Below, piece after piece: positions 1 through 11,739 of a stretch of 64,000 nucleotides of DNA. The DNA is taken from positions 89,900,001 through 89,964,000 of the forward strand of contig OX597817.1 in NCBI GenBank assembly GCA_951406725.2, in the 5' to 3' direction. The position numbers and the translations under genes were made by a program. The first letter of the stretch is position 1. Every line of letters starts with the position of its first letter. The notes below the pieces were generated by a model, which saw nothing but the letters and a program-made list of their open reading frames with translations, did not search any database and was not told the DNA's origin. The stretch comes from Octopus vulgaris (taxonomy: Eukaryota).

Positions 1-229
1 CTCTGAGAGAGTGTGTGTGTGTGTGTGTCTGCGTATGTTCCCCCACCATCACTTGACACCTGATGCTGGTGTGTTTACGTTTCCGCAACTTAACAGTTCA
101 GCTTAAGAGACCGATAGAATAAGTACTAGGCTTACGAAAAATAAGTCCTGGGGTCGATTTGTTCAACTAAAGGTGGTGCTCCAGCATGGCCACAGTCAAA
201 TGAGTGAAACAAATAAAAGAATAAGAATA
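1..229 (+). mobile_element. SINE family A, 3' half
   Basis: Matches the 3' half of the copy at 60055-60450 (gtcctggggtcgatttg...ccagcatggccacagtcaaatg...aaaagaata). Confidence 0.8.
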
Positions 230-280
230 CCTTAGTATTGAGTTCTGTATATCCTATACATTCTACCATATTTTATATAT

Positions 281-1030
281 TCTTTCTTGTATTCTTTTAC
301 TTGTATCAGTCGTTTGACTGCAACCATGCTGGAGCACCACCTTATAGAGTTTTAGCTGGAGAAATCGACCTCAGGACTTATTCTTTATAAGCCTAATACT
401 TACTCTATTGGTTTCTATTGCCGAATCACTAAGTTACTGTAGCATAAATACACCAGTGCTGGTTGTCAAGCGGTGATGGGGTGACAAATACAGACACAAA
501 AACACACACACATAGATACACACACACACACACATAGATACACACACACACACACACACACGCGCGCGCGCACGCACACACACACACACATACACACACA
601 CACACATCGCTGCTATTATGCAAATATGTCGTTAAGTCCAATACGTTGCTTTTTCAGAAAGCAAAAAAATAGTTTCACCATTACATAACAAAACCGTTGT
701 ACAACACTTTGACAATGTGTGATAACTTGGCATCTGAAGCAGTGGGAGATACGATAGCTTGACCTAAAGAACCAGCTATTGCAAACAAAAATAGATATTG
801 AAAAAAAAATGCGTTTGGTCGAAATTTGGACATATGACAGTTAAATATAATGGCAACGATATATATACAAAGTGCTTCTTCCAGTTTCCGTCTACCAAAT
901 CCACTCACAAGGCTTTGGTCAGCCTGAGGCTATAGTAGAAGACACCTGCCGAAGGTGCTACGCAGTGGGACTGAACCCAGAACAATGTGGTTGAGAAGCA
1001 AACTTCTAACCACGACGCTGCCATGTCTAT
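281..1030 (-). mobile_element. SINE family A (tail ~281-520, head ~870-1030) with an expanded internal (CA)n and ~250 bp of extra sequence
   Basis: Reverse complement of the family A tail and of its tRNA-like head. Confidence 0.7.
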
Positions 1031-1033
1031 ATC

Positions 1034-1397
1034 CTTTATGTTTTACTTGTTTTGGGCTTCTGGGCCATTGCCTTGAAGAATTTTAGCCAAATGAATTGAT
1101 TCCAGTATCTACTATTTTTTAAACCTGGTACTTATTCAATTGATCTCTTTTACCAAACTACTAAGTTATGTGGAGGTAAACACAGCAACTATGGTTATCA
1201 AGTAGTGGTGTGGTGGTGGTGGGGAGCTTAAACAAACAAACACACACACACACATGCAGTAGGCTTCTTTTAGTTTCTGTCTACCAAATCCACTCACATA
1301 GCTTTGGTCAACTGAAGGCTACAGTAAAATACATTTACATAAGGTGCCACACAGTGAGACTGAACTAGGAAACTTACCACATAGCCATGTCTACACC
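1034..1397 (-). mobile_element. SINE family A, degenerate near-full copy
   Basis: Reverse-complement match to family A with CpG decay. Confidence 0.7.
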
Positions 1398-1415
1398 TAT
1401 GTATGTATGTATGTA

Positions 1416-2135
1416 GATTCCTTCCAGTCTCTTCAGTCTCGTGTCTGGTCCCAGCATGGCATCACAAAACAAACAAAAATTGCAGTGTACTGAGCATGTG
1501 TACTGACATCTCTCTTTTACTCATGTGAGACATGGACCCTTTACATCCGTCATATAAGGGTCCTTGAATGCTTTCATCAGAGATGTCTCAGACACATTCT
1601 GAATGTTGGCTGGACCTTAAAATCTCCAGACACAAAGGTCCTGAGGACAGCTGAAATCTTGAATATTAGGGCGATGGTGCACAAGCACTGGTTACATTGG
1701 ACTGGACACCTTATTAGATTGAAGGATAGCAGGATCCCTAAGCAGATGCTATACAGGGAACTTGTGAATGGAAGATACCCTGGCAGAAACCAAGGCTGTG
1801 ATTTAAGGACTGTGTCAAGTCCTCATTAAAGGCCTGTGATATGCAGGAGATTGACTGGGAGAACAATCCCTGTCATCTCCACAGATGGAGGATGCAGGTT
1901 AAGGAGGCAGGAGTTGACACTTTTGAAAGAGCACATATTCTGCATGAAAATCTTAAGCGTCCTGCTCGAAAGTGCACTGCTGGTGTAGTGAATACAGAAA
2001 GCTAGATCTGCAATGTTTGCAGTCGTGTATGCTTGTCAAGAATAGGGTTCATTAGCCACCAACGGAGCTGCAAATGCAAAATATAAGTTAGTTCTAGAGC
2101 GCACAATGTTCCTGAAGGTCAGCAATGGTCTAAAT
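1416..2135 (+). mobile_element. Degenerate 3' fragment of an RTE-clade LINE (ORF C-terminus with zinc-finger-like end)
   Basis: Manual translation gives ...TKIAVY*ACVLTSLFYSCETWTLYIRHIRVLECFHQRCLRHIL...LHWTGHLIRLKDSRIPKQMLYREL..., then a frameshift, then FKDCVKSSLKAC...ICNVCSRVCLSRIGFISHQRSC. These are typical RTE C-terminal motifs, with stop codons. Confidence 0.88.
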
Positions 2136-2182
2136 CGGTATGTATGTATCTGTCTATCTATTTATCTATCTATCTACATATA

Positions 2183-2221
<39 letters not shown>

Positions 2222-2864
2222 TTCGTTTTTGGATTTGGTTTGCAAGATTCTTTATATGAGTTCATGTGTTGAAGTATATTCTGTTGTGTCTGGGGAGAGT
2301 CATTCCCTTTTAGAGCCTTATTATTTAACACACGAGGGCGCGTGGCTTAGTGGTTAGGGCATTCGGCTCATGATCGTAAGGTTGTGAGTTCGATTCCCGG
2401 CGACGCGTTGTGTCCTTGAGCAAGACACTTTATTTCACGTTGCTCCAGTCCACTCAGCTGGCAAAAATGAGTTGTACTTGTATTTCAAAGGGTCAGCCTT
2501 GTCACTCTCTGTGTCACGCTGATTATCCCCGAGAACTACGTTAAGGGTACACGTGTCTGTGGAATGCTCAGCCATTTGCACGTTAATTTCACGAGCAAGC
2601 TGTTCCGTTGATCGTATCAGCTGTGACCCTCGTCGTCGTAACCGGCGGAGTCTTTTAAATTTAACACACTCACCGGTAAAATTTCCACTTATTTCTTATT
2701 TTTATTTTCTAAAATTTTCGTTGCATCTTGCAACCTTTTCAATAGTCAAGACTATTGAAAAGGTTGCAAGACGCAATAAAAATAAGAAATAAGTGGAAAT
2801 TTTACCGGTGAGTGTGTTAAATAATAAGGTACTAAAAGAGAATGACTCTCCCCAGACACAACAG
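2222..2864. mobile_element. Fold-back element in a (TA)n tract, possibly Penelope-like inverted pLTR remnants, interrupted by the family B SINE
   Basis: The left arm (2281-2333 plus 2670-2747) is the reverse complement of the right arm (2750-2864) with a 2-nt spacer. The right arm has a 16-nt deletion. The Penelope assignment is inference. Confidence 0.7.
2334..2658 (+). mobile_element. tRNA-derived SINE family B, young full-length copy with 11-bp TSD
   Basis: A box TGGCTTAGTGG at 2343 and B box GAGTTCGATTCC at 2386. CORE-like tgtgtccttgagcaagacactt. TSD ATTTAACACAC at 2323-2333 and 2659-2669. CpGs are intact. Confidence 0.9.
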
Positions 2865-3011
2865 TATATATATATATATTTATATATATCACTGGATGCT
2901 CCTGAACCAGTTGTTGAATGTTCCACCCAAGAGGAATCAATGCTAGATGTGTCAAAACATTTGTCGTGATTAATAATAAATTCTCATGTATTCCATTTTC
3001 TGTCTTTCATT

Positions 3012-3067
<56 letters not shown>

Positions 3068-3212
3068 ATTATATGTATATATATAATGAGGAGTAGATGG
3101 ACAGCCGACAACTGATGAAGGGTCGTTTTTTATGTTATTTGTCTTCGTATTTCATGTTGTTTACGTTTTGTGATGTATCCACATATGCATATATATATAC
3201 ATATATATATAC

Positions 3213-3249
<37 letters not shown>

Positions 3250-3278
3250 CATATATATACATATATATATATATATAC

Positions 3279-3329
<51 letters not shown>

Positions 3330-3390
3330 TATATACATATATAAGTATGTACATATATGTATATATGCATATATATATATATATATTTTC

Positions 3391-4532
3391 CAGGGAGAAA
3401 AACTAGAAATAGTTGATAGTTTCCGTTACCTAGGTGACCAAGTCAGCAGCGGGGACGGGTGTGCTGAAAGTGTAACTGCTAGAGTAAGAATAGCTTGGGC
3501 AAAGTTCAGAGAGCTCTTACCTCTGCTGGTGACAAAAGGCCTCTCGCACAGAGTAAAAGGCAGACTGTATGATGCGTGTGTACGAACAGCCATGCTACAT
3601 GGCAGTGAAACATGGGGCATGACTGCTGAGGATATGCGTAAGCTCGCAAGAAATGAAGCCAGTATGCACCGATGGATGTGTAATGTCAGTACTCATACTC
3701 GGCAGAGTGTAAGTACCTTGAGAGAAAAGCTGGACCTAAGAAGCATCAGTTGTGGTGTGCAAGAGAGACGATTGCGCTGGTATGGGCATGTGGCGAGAAT
3801 GGATGAAGATAGTTGTGTGAAAAAGTGCCACACCCTAGCGATTGAGGGAACCTGTGGAAGAGGCAGACCCAGGAAAACCTGGGTCGAGGTGGTGAAGCAC
3901 GACCTTCGAACTTTAGGTCTCACTGAGGAAATGACTAGAGACCGAGACCTCTGGAAGTGTGCTGTGCGTGAGAAGACCCGGCAGGACAAGTGAGACCATA
4001 ACCCGTGGCCTTCTACATGGGATGGAGCCAGCCTACGTATGCATACCTTCCCTTCTTGGGACACAAAACTCTACTTGTGAAGACCTGTTGAGGCAAGTGA
4101 GGATCAGAATCGAAATCGATCAATGGAAATTGCAGATGTGTTACCAGTGCCGGTGGCATGTAAGAGAACCAACCGTTCGTGACCGTTGCCAGCGCCGCCC
4201 CGACTGGCCTCGTGCTGGTGGCACGTAAAAAGCACCATCCGATCGTGTCCGTTGCCAGCCTCGCCTGGCCCCCGTGCCGGTAGCACATAAAAAGCACCAT
4301 CCGTTCGTGGCCGTTTGCCAGCTCTGTGTGGCACCTGTGCGGGTGGTAGGTAAAAAGCACCCACTACACTCACGGAGTGGTTGGCGTTAGGAAGGGCATC
4401 CAGCCGTAGAAACACTGCCAGATCTGACTAGGCCTGATGAAGCCTTCCGGCTTCACAGACCCCAGTTGAACCGTCCAACCCATGCTAGCATGGAAAACGG
4501 ACGCTAAACGATGATGATGATGATGTTGATGA
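3391..4532 (+). mobile_element. Young 5'-truncated RTE-clade LINE (ORF C-terminus to 3993, 3' UTR, (GAT)n tail)
   Basis: About 200 uninterrupted codons: [15 protein letters not shown]...[17 protein letters not shown]...[11 protein letters not shown]...GRGRPRKTW. The 3' UTR has ~63-bp repeats and a terminal stem-loop containing CCATGCTAGCATGG, then (GAT)n. Confidence 0.95.
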
Positions 4533-4548
4533 TATATATATATATATA

Positions 4549-4590
<42 letters not shown>

Positions 4591-4592
4591 CA

Positions 4593-4634
<42 letters not shown>

Positions 4635-4648
4635 TATATGCATATATG

Positions 4649-4688
<40 letters not shown>

Positions 4689-4776
4689 GATAAATAGATA
4701 GATAGATAGATAGATAGATACGTATGTGTGCATACATATATGTGTGTATATATGTGTATTTATGTATGTATGTATG

Positions 4777-4835
<59 letters not shown>

Positions 4836-6367
4836 TTCCACCGACTTAGTGTTTGTTAGGGTTAGTGGACGAGTTCATTATGTGAGTGGGATAGGGAACT
4901 ACAACATTATAGACAGTCACAACAGCAGCAGCAATAGTGGAAGAAGAAGAAGTAAAAGGAAAAGAAACAGCAGGAGTTTGGAGAGGTAGAAGGCATGTAT
5001 TGAATGAGCGGAAGATAGAGAGAGCGAGAGACGGAGAAAAGAAGAGAGATAAAGAGAGACATTTATATATAGAGCGAGAGAAAGAGTTAGAAGGGGAAGT
5101 CGGGAAGTACCATTGTAAGTTGAGAGTGAGGGGGTGCCAGAGTTGCTTTTGGTGTTGGTTGTGGTGGTGTGGGAGGTAACAGTCTGAACAATTGAGCAGC
5201 TGCTTGCTTACACACACACACACACACGCACATACATCACACACACACACTTCCACATCCACAATTACATACAAACATTCATGTACATATTCTTAATGAG
5301 CAACACTCACTCTGATACAGACACTATCTTTATACATATACTAAAATACATACATAGAATCACACACACACGCACGAACGTACGTACGTACGTACGTACG
5401 TATGTATGTATGTATGTATGTATGTATGTATGTATGTATGTATGTATGTATGTGAGTGTATGTATACTCACGCATACAGAGAAAAATACATTGATAGTCT
5501 AAAATATACTTACACATAAATGTATACACACACACAAGTATGTATGTGTATGTATATACGTATATGTGTGTGTGTTTGGAGAGAGAGCGAACAGAATGTG
5601 ATCTCACTCATATATTCAGAAACAGATAAACACATGCATACAGAATACATACACATATACACATTGATTTCCACATGCTCACACTAGATCGAAGATAAAA
5701 GAGGAGAGTGGTGGAAAATTCGCACATGCACACATACATATAGATTAATGTATAGACACACACACACATGAATTTAGAGAGAGTGAATGAGAAAGAGAGA
5801 GAGAAAGAAAACGAGAATATAACGAAGATTTACAGACACAAATCAAGAGATAGACGTATAAACAAAGGGGAAAGATGCATACACACATACACACACACGC
5901 ACAAATAGATGCACACACTAAAGAAAGGCAGAGAGAGGGGGGAGAAAGAAAGAGAGAGTAATTTGAACAGTGAAAGAAGGTAAATACACGCATACATGCG
6001 CGCACATACACACGCACACACACCGGGAGGCTGACAGAAAAAGATACATACACAGAGTATGACATACACACAGCGACAGATACACAAAGATTGAACACAT
6101 ACATATATAGACAAAGAGAGTAAACATGCACGCATATTATAAAGTTGATACTGACACACATTTTCATATTCACACTAAAATATATATATACAGACGTGCA
6201 TACGTACATACACGCACACTCACAAAGAGAAGAGGAGAGACAGACATACCGGAGGAGATAACACCCACTTGCAGACAGAGATAAGAATATACACACAGAA
6301 CTGGAGACAGACAGAGAGAAACACGCAGACATAAACATACACAAATACATATGCGCGCACTCACGCA

Positions 6368-6419
<52 letters not shown>

Positions 6420-6495
6420 CTCTCTCTCATACACTCACACATGAATGTGCACACCTTCAGAGAGAGAAAGAGAGAAACAGAGATAATCTATCTAC

Positions 6496-6571
<76 letters not shown>

Positions 6572-6633
6572 ATATCTAAAACACCTCCACTGCTGGTCTC
6601 CCGTCCTACCTCCTACCAATTTCCGTCTCCATG

Positions 6634-6701
<68 letters not shown>

Positions 6702-6760
6702 GTGTATGTATGTTTGTATATATTGACTCACATACATGCACGCACACAGAGATTCACGTA
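4533..6760. repeat. Microsatellite-rich tract: (TA)n, (TAGA)n, (TATG)n, (TACG)n, (CA)n, (GA)n, (TCTA)n
   Basis: Directly visible simple repeats. Confidence 0.9.
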
Positions 6761-6979
6761 TTGACTTCGTTTTCCAAACCCTTCGTCTTTAATTCTTTCA
6801 ATTCGTTCAACAAATTTATAGGGTTTTTGTGTTTTTAAAGGGATTTTCACAAGAATTTTATTCCATTTAATTTCAATATACTATAGTTCCAACTTGGCGC
6901 TTAGTGAAGGAGAAATAACCACGCGAATATTCATAAATAACCCTTCAAAGAATAACCCTAGAATAACCTTTAATAATTC

Positions 6980-8080
6980 CACCACTACAACAACTATTAT
7001 TACCGCCGCTATCACCATCATTATCATCATCACTAGCACCACAGCCACCCTCCCTCACCATCGTCACTACAATTGCTATCACCACCACCCCACCCAACCA
7101 CCATCACTGTCATCACCATTACCAACGCCTTCACCATCATTATTATTCCCACCACCACCACCATCATTACGACTATTACCATCACCATGATTCCAATATT
7201 ACAATAACTGTCATTACCATCATTACAATCACCATCTTTACCTCCATCACCATCGCCGTTATTACCACCATCATCTTCACCACCACCATCCCATCCTCCA
7301 CTATTACCACCACTACCACCACCCTCATTACCCCCGCCATGATTACCCTCAATGCTACCACGCTCATCAGTTTAGCACCACTACTCCTCCTATCAAGACT
7401 AATACTACTGCCATGCCCACCACCACCAATACCACCTTCCCCCAATACCCCCAACCCCACTACTACTACCACCACCACCACCATCTTTTACCACCACTAT
7501 TCACCACATCTTTACCACCACTGCCATCGCCATCAGTACCACCATTGACATTGCCATTATTACTATTATTATTACCACTACCACAATCATTACCACAACC
7601 TTCATTATTATTACCATCATAGCCACCAACACTACCACCATTATTACCATTATGATCATTCCCTCCACCTCATCACCACCACCATCACTACCACCACAAC
7701 TACCACCGAGGAGATTCTGTGGTCGCTCACGCAATCCAGCCACCCCCACCAACATATTCCTACTCTAGCCACCACAACCATCAATACCATTTGCAATACC
7801 ACCACCACCGTATTCCCATGACATTGAACATCATCATCATTACCACCGCTATTACAGCCATTTCCTCCAGCACTACCGCCGTATTCCCACTACAGCCATC
7901 ATCATCATCATCACTACCCTTATCATTCCCACGAGCGTCATTCCCACAATCACCATACTCCTTACCCACCAACACCATCATTAATATGAATCCCACCACC
8001 AAGTTAAACCCTATCACCATCTCCCTCATTCCCACTGTAACTACTACTACTTCTATTACTACTAGCACTGCCACCACTCT
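6980..8080. repeat. Degenerate (CAC/CAT/TAC)n low-complexity tract
   Basis: Directly visible; explains the poly-T/P/H ORFs. Confidence 0.9.
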
Positions 8081-8159
8081 ACACCTCTTAAAAAAGAGAA
8101 AGGAACTAAGAACCAAACGAGACAACAACAAAAGCAAATAAAGGTTAAGACGTGACATA

Positions 8160-8590
8160 AAAAAAACAATAGAGAAATGAGAGAGAGAGAGAAAATTAGA
8201 CGGAGAGGACAGAAAAGGAAACGAAAGAAGCGGAAGACAAAGAGAAAGAGATGAGTGAGAGAGGAAGTGAAATAGAGAGAAAGAGAATGAAAGAAAAGAT
8301 GAGAGGAAGACAAAAAATGAGAGAGAGAGGAAGACTGGGAGATAGAAAGTGAGTGAGAGAAAGACTAAAAGAAAAGATGAGAGAAAGACAAAGAAAATAT
8401 GATAGAAAGTATGATAGAGAGAAAGAAGACGAGTGAAGGAGGGAGGTAATGAGATAGACGGAGAAAGACAAAAAGAAAAGATGAGAGGAAGACAAAGAAA
8501 AAGTGAGAAAGAGAGATGAATGAGAGAGGAAGTGAGATAGAGGGAGGAAGACAAAAAATGAGAGATGAGAAAGAGAAAAAAAGAGAGATC
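8160..8590. repeat. Polypurine (GA-rich) tract with recurring gaaaagatgagaggaagacaaa units
   Basis: Directly visible. Confidence 0.85.
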
Positions 8591-8627
8591 TTTTATATAT
8601 TTGGCTTTTTGTTGTCTGAGTTCTGTA

Positions 8628-9022
8628 TACTACTACTACTACAACTACAGTAACGTTATCACTACCGCTATTACCATTAGTACTATCACACCAACATTAC
8701 CAGCACCACCACCACCACTGCTACTACTACTACTACTAATCGTCAGTACAATCATACTAACATTACCACCACCACCGTCACAACTACCACACAAACATTA
8801 ACACCACTTCAAGTATCACAACCACCACAACCGCTATTACTACTTTTATTATAGTCAGTACTATCACACTAGCATCAATACAAATTTACTATCATCGAAT
8901 TATTGTAGTTTTAGAAGTAGTTGTTATTATTGTACCACTGCTGCTAATGTTAGTATTGTTGTAGTAGCCAGCAGCAGCAGCAGTGAAGCAGTAGTAAAGC
9001 AGCTGTATCAGCAGCAGCGATA
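8628..9022. repeat. (TAC/CAC)n, then (TAG)/(CAG)n low-complexity tract
   Basis: Directly visible. Confidence 0.8.
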
Positions 9023-9076
9023 GTGGCTCCGGTTTAGTGTGTTGTTGGCCGTTGGATAGAGTTGATGTTTTCTTAC

Positions 9077-9088
9077 CATTCTCTTCAT
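9077..9088 (-). CDS. Candidate start-codon segment (MKRM) of a divergently transcribed gene, in a possible exon at 9192-9077
   Basis: The minus strand reads cagacATGAAGAGAATG|gtaaga (strong donor) within a unique CpG-rich patch. A possible acceptor catag|G lies at 9193/9192. There is no protein homology support. Confidence 0.3.
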
Positions 9089-9699
9089 GTCTGTCTGCTG
9101 GGAACGATGTCGACTAGGAATCGCTACTGTCGACCGTTAGACCAAGTTCCACGCTGGATGCTTTCTCCCCCTCTACTATAAGTCGACTTTACCTATGTGT
9201 ATATATAAATATACATACATATATATATAAGTCGAGAGGTGGGGGGGAAACACACGGATTATACATATACATATGCGCATACACATCCGAATATATACAT
9301 ATTTTTTGTAGGCAGCTGACCGTGACCTGACAACAATATATATACACACACACGCATATATATATATATGTGTATAACATATGAGTGTATGTATGTATAA
9401 TATTATATTATATATACAAGTATATAAAAAAGTATATGTTATACATATATATATACATAACATATATATATATGTATAAAATATAAAAAACAAGCACCAT
9501 GTAAAATACTACATGAAATTTTTCTTTTTCCTCCGACCCGTCTTTTACCACCTCCATTCACCACCATATATATAAAAAAAAAAGGAAAAAAAGACAGAAG
9601 GAATTTATTCACCTTCTCACCCTCCAACCTCCTACCACTGTGATTTATACTACTCCCACTGCACCATCGTTACTCCCACCACCATTATCACTAGTGGTA

Positions 9700-10200
9700 A
9701 AAAAAAAAAAGAGAGAACACCTCTTCCTTCTCCCGTCACTCCCCCATCCGCTAGCTCCCACCACCCTCATTCTCTTCATTATCATTGTCTCTTTCTCTCG
9801 CTGTCTGCCTCTTCCTCTCTGTTTCTCTCAGACTGTCTGCCTCCTTTTCTCTCTCTCTTTCACCTTCTACTTGCATCTCATCCTCCTTCTATTACTTCCC
9901 TCTTTCCTTCCCTCCTTCGCTACGCTCATTCTCCTTCATATACTTCCCTTCTTCTCTGGCTCCACTCATTGCCTTTCTTATACTTCCCTTTACAATCTCA
10001 TACTTTCTCTCTTGTAACACTTACTCTATCTACACCCATCACTCCCTCTCTCGCCTTCTCGTACGTCTCTCTATTCCTTTCACTTCCCCCTCTCTGTCGT
10101 TTTTCTACTTTCCCTCTCCTCATCCTCCATCGTTCACTCACTCTCTTACTTCCACTTGCTCTCCTCCTCGTCCTCCTCTAGTTGTGTGTCAATATGGCGG
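9700..10200 (+). promoter_or_regulatory. Putative promoter/5' UTR: CT-rich tract with a YY1-like motif overlapping the start codon
   Basis: A long polypyrimidine tract with retained CpGs lies directly upstream of the ATG. AATATGGCGG at 10191-10200 fits the AANATGGCG YY1-type motif. Confidence 0.4.
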
Positions 10201-10358
10201 AAGAGAAGGAAGGTGTGACGCTGTTCTCATCTGAGCAGAATCACCGAGAAATGGACTGTAAGAAGAACTACGGACGACGGAAACTGCCGATCGATCCACT
10301 CAAAGAATCGGAAGAGTTCTTCGAGGTGGACAAAATTGTTGGAATGACTAAAATAAAC
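10194..10358 (+). CDS. MPHOSPH8: First coding exon (55 codons) of a chromodomain protein, most similar to M-phase phosphoprotein 8 (orthology tentative)
   Basis: The ATG is in a good context (AATATGG). The peptide is non-repetitive: MAEEKEGVTLFSSEQNHREMDCKKNYGRRKLPIDPLKESEEFFEVDKIVGMTKIN. It ends in a chromodomain first strand (EEFFEVDKIVGM; compare human MPP8 EDVFEVEKILDM), followed by a phase-0 donor AAC|GTAAGG at 10359. CpG-rich relative to its flanks. Confidence in the exon is higher than confidence in the symbol. Confidence 0.72.
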
Positions 10359-10619
10359 GTAAGGTTTCGGTATTTTTTCTAAAATATGTATAAATTGTGT
10401 GTGTATATATATATATATACACACATACATGTGTGTGTGTTTTGGTACTTCTATTGTGTGTTCTGGTAATTCTTTTGGTGTGTGTGTATATATGTGTGGT
10501 TGATAATTTTGTTATGTGTGTGTATGTATATATATATATATACATACACACATATATATATATATACATACACACATATATATACATGTACACATATATA
10601 TACATGTATATATATACAT

Positions 10620-10662
<43 letters not shown>

Positions 10663-11551
10663 GACGTGTATGTTTTTCAGTAATTCACTTAGGTATGTGT
10701 ATGTGTGTATAGTCAAACATACATACGTACACGCAAATATAGTGTTTTGGTAATTCTGTTTCGGCACTACGGTAATTTTGTTGTACGTTTGGTAACTATT
10801 TTGTATATAAATATAAACATCTCTATCCTATATATATATATACAACATATTCGTACATAAATACAGTTAAGTATATGGTATTTTGTCAGTTTTTGTGTAT
10901 ACACACGCGCACACAATACATAGATGGACATAATCTACTCAGCTGAATGCCGGTTGGTGTATCTATGTATGTATGTGTGTGTATATATATATATATATTT
11001 GTATTTAAGTATGCCTGTGTGTATATTATATATGCTTATGTGTATGTGTGTGTATATATATATGTATTTGTATATGGATCTCTATTGTATTTCGTTGGGT
11101 GTCTTTAATTATGTTTATCTTCCTTCCAACACACGGATCTCTCTCTCGATATATATATACACACATACATAAATACATACATACACGCACACCTTTTCGA
11201 TACAGAATTCTGTTTATAATAGCTTACACATAAGTGTCATCTGTTTACAGTTCGATACCGGTATATTGTTAATAATGCGTGTATGTAATAATGGTGTGCC
11301 TTTAAATTTATAGTGCGCCTAACTCACACGAATATATACATGTATGTGTTTGTGTGTATAAAATGTTCTCTGCATTTGTTTGTATGTGCATCTATATATA
11401 CAGATAGTTTATATGAATATACAGTGTCGGATGTTTGCGTGGCTGTAGATATATATATATATATATATTCGATTGTGCTTCTGTTATACGCACACACACA
11501 CACATGTGGTTTTGTGTTTGTAAATATCGTCCTCTCACTCTCTCTCTCAGA

Positions 11552-11593
<42 letters not shown>

Positions 11594-11739
11594 TTGTATT
11601 ATATTGAGGTCGTTGTCCCACACACACATATGTATCCGAATATATATTTATGGAATGTGTGTATAAGTCGGTGGAGTGTCTGTGTAATTAGATAATCATA
11701 GAGTTGTCGTGTGTTCACTAGTTTTACAGATTAAAGTTG

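Noticed and set aside
2334-2405. tRNA gene (also other A/B-box heads)
   Set aside because: It continues into a SINE body with TSDs and has no complete acceptor stem or terminator.
3097-3993. 298-aa ORF as a host gene, with an apparent acceptor ttttccag at 3393
   Set aside because: It is a chance fusion of (TA)n translation with an RTE ORF end. The ccag is element-derived, since it is also present in the 40.8-kb copy.
4434-4500. CTGATGA plus hairpin in the RTE 3' UTR as a hammerhead
   Set aside because: No GAAA follows the stem, and the sister copy at 53.3 kb lacks CTGATGA.
5745-8801. Long ORFs rich in C/V, T/P/H or S/L/F
   Set aside because: They are translations of microsatellite and low-complexity DNA. 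The same applies to the YI/CV-rich ORFs throughout the window.
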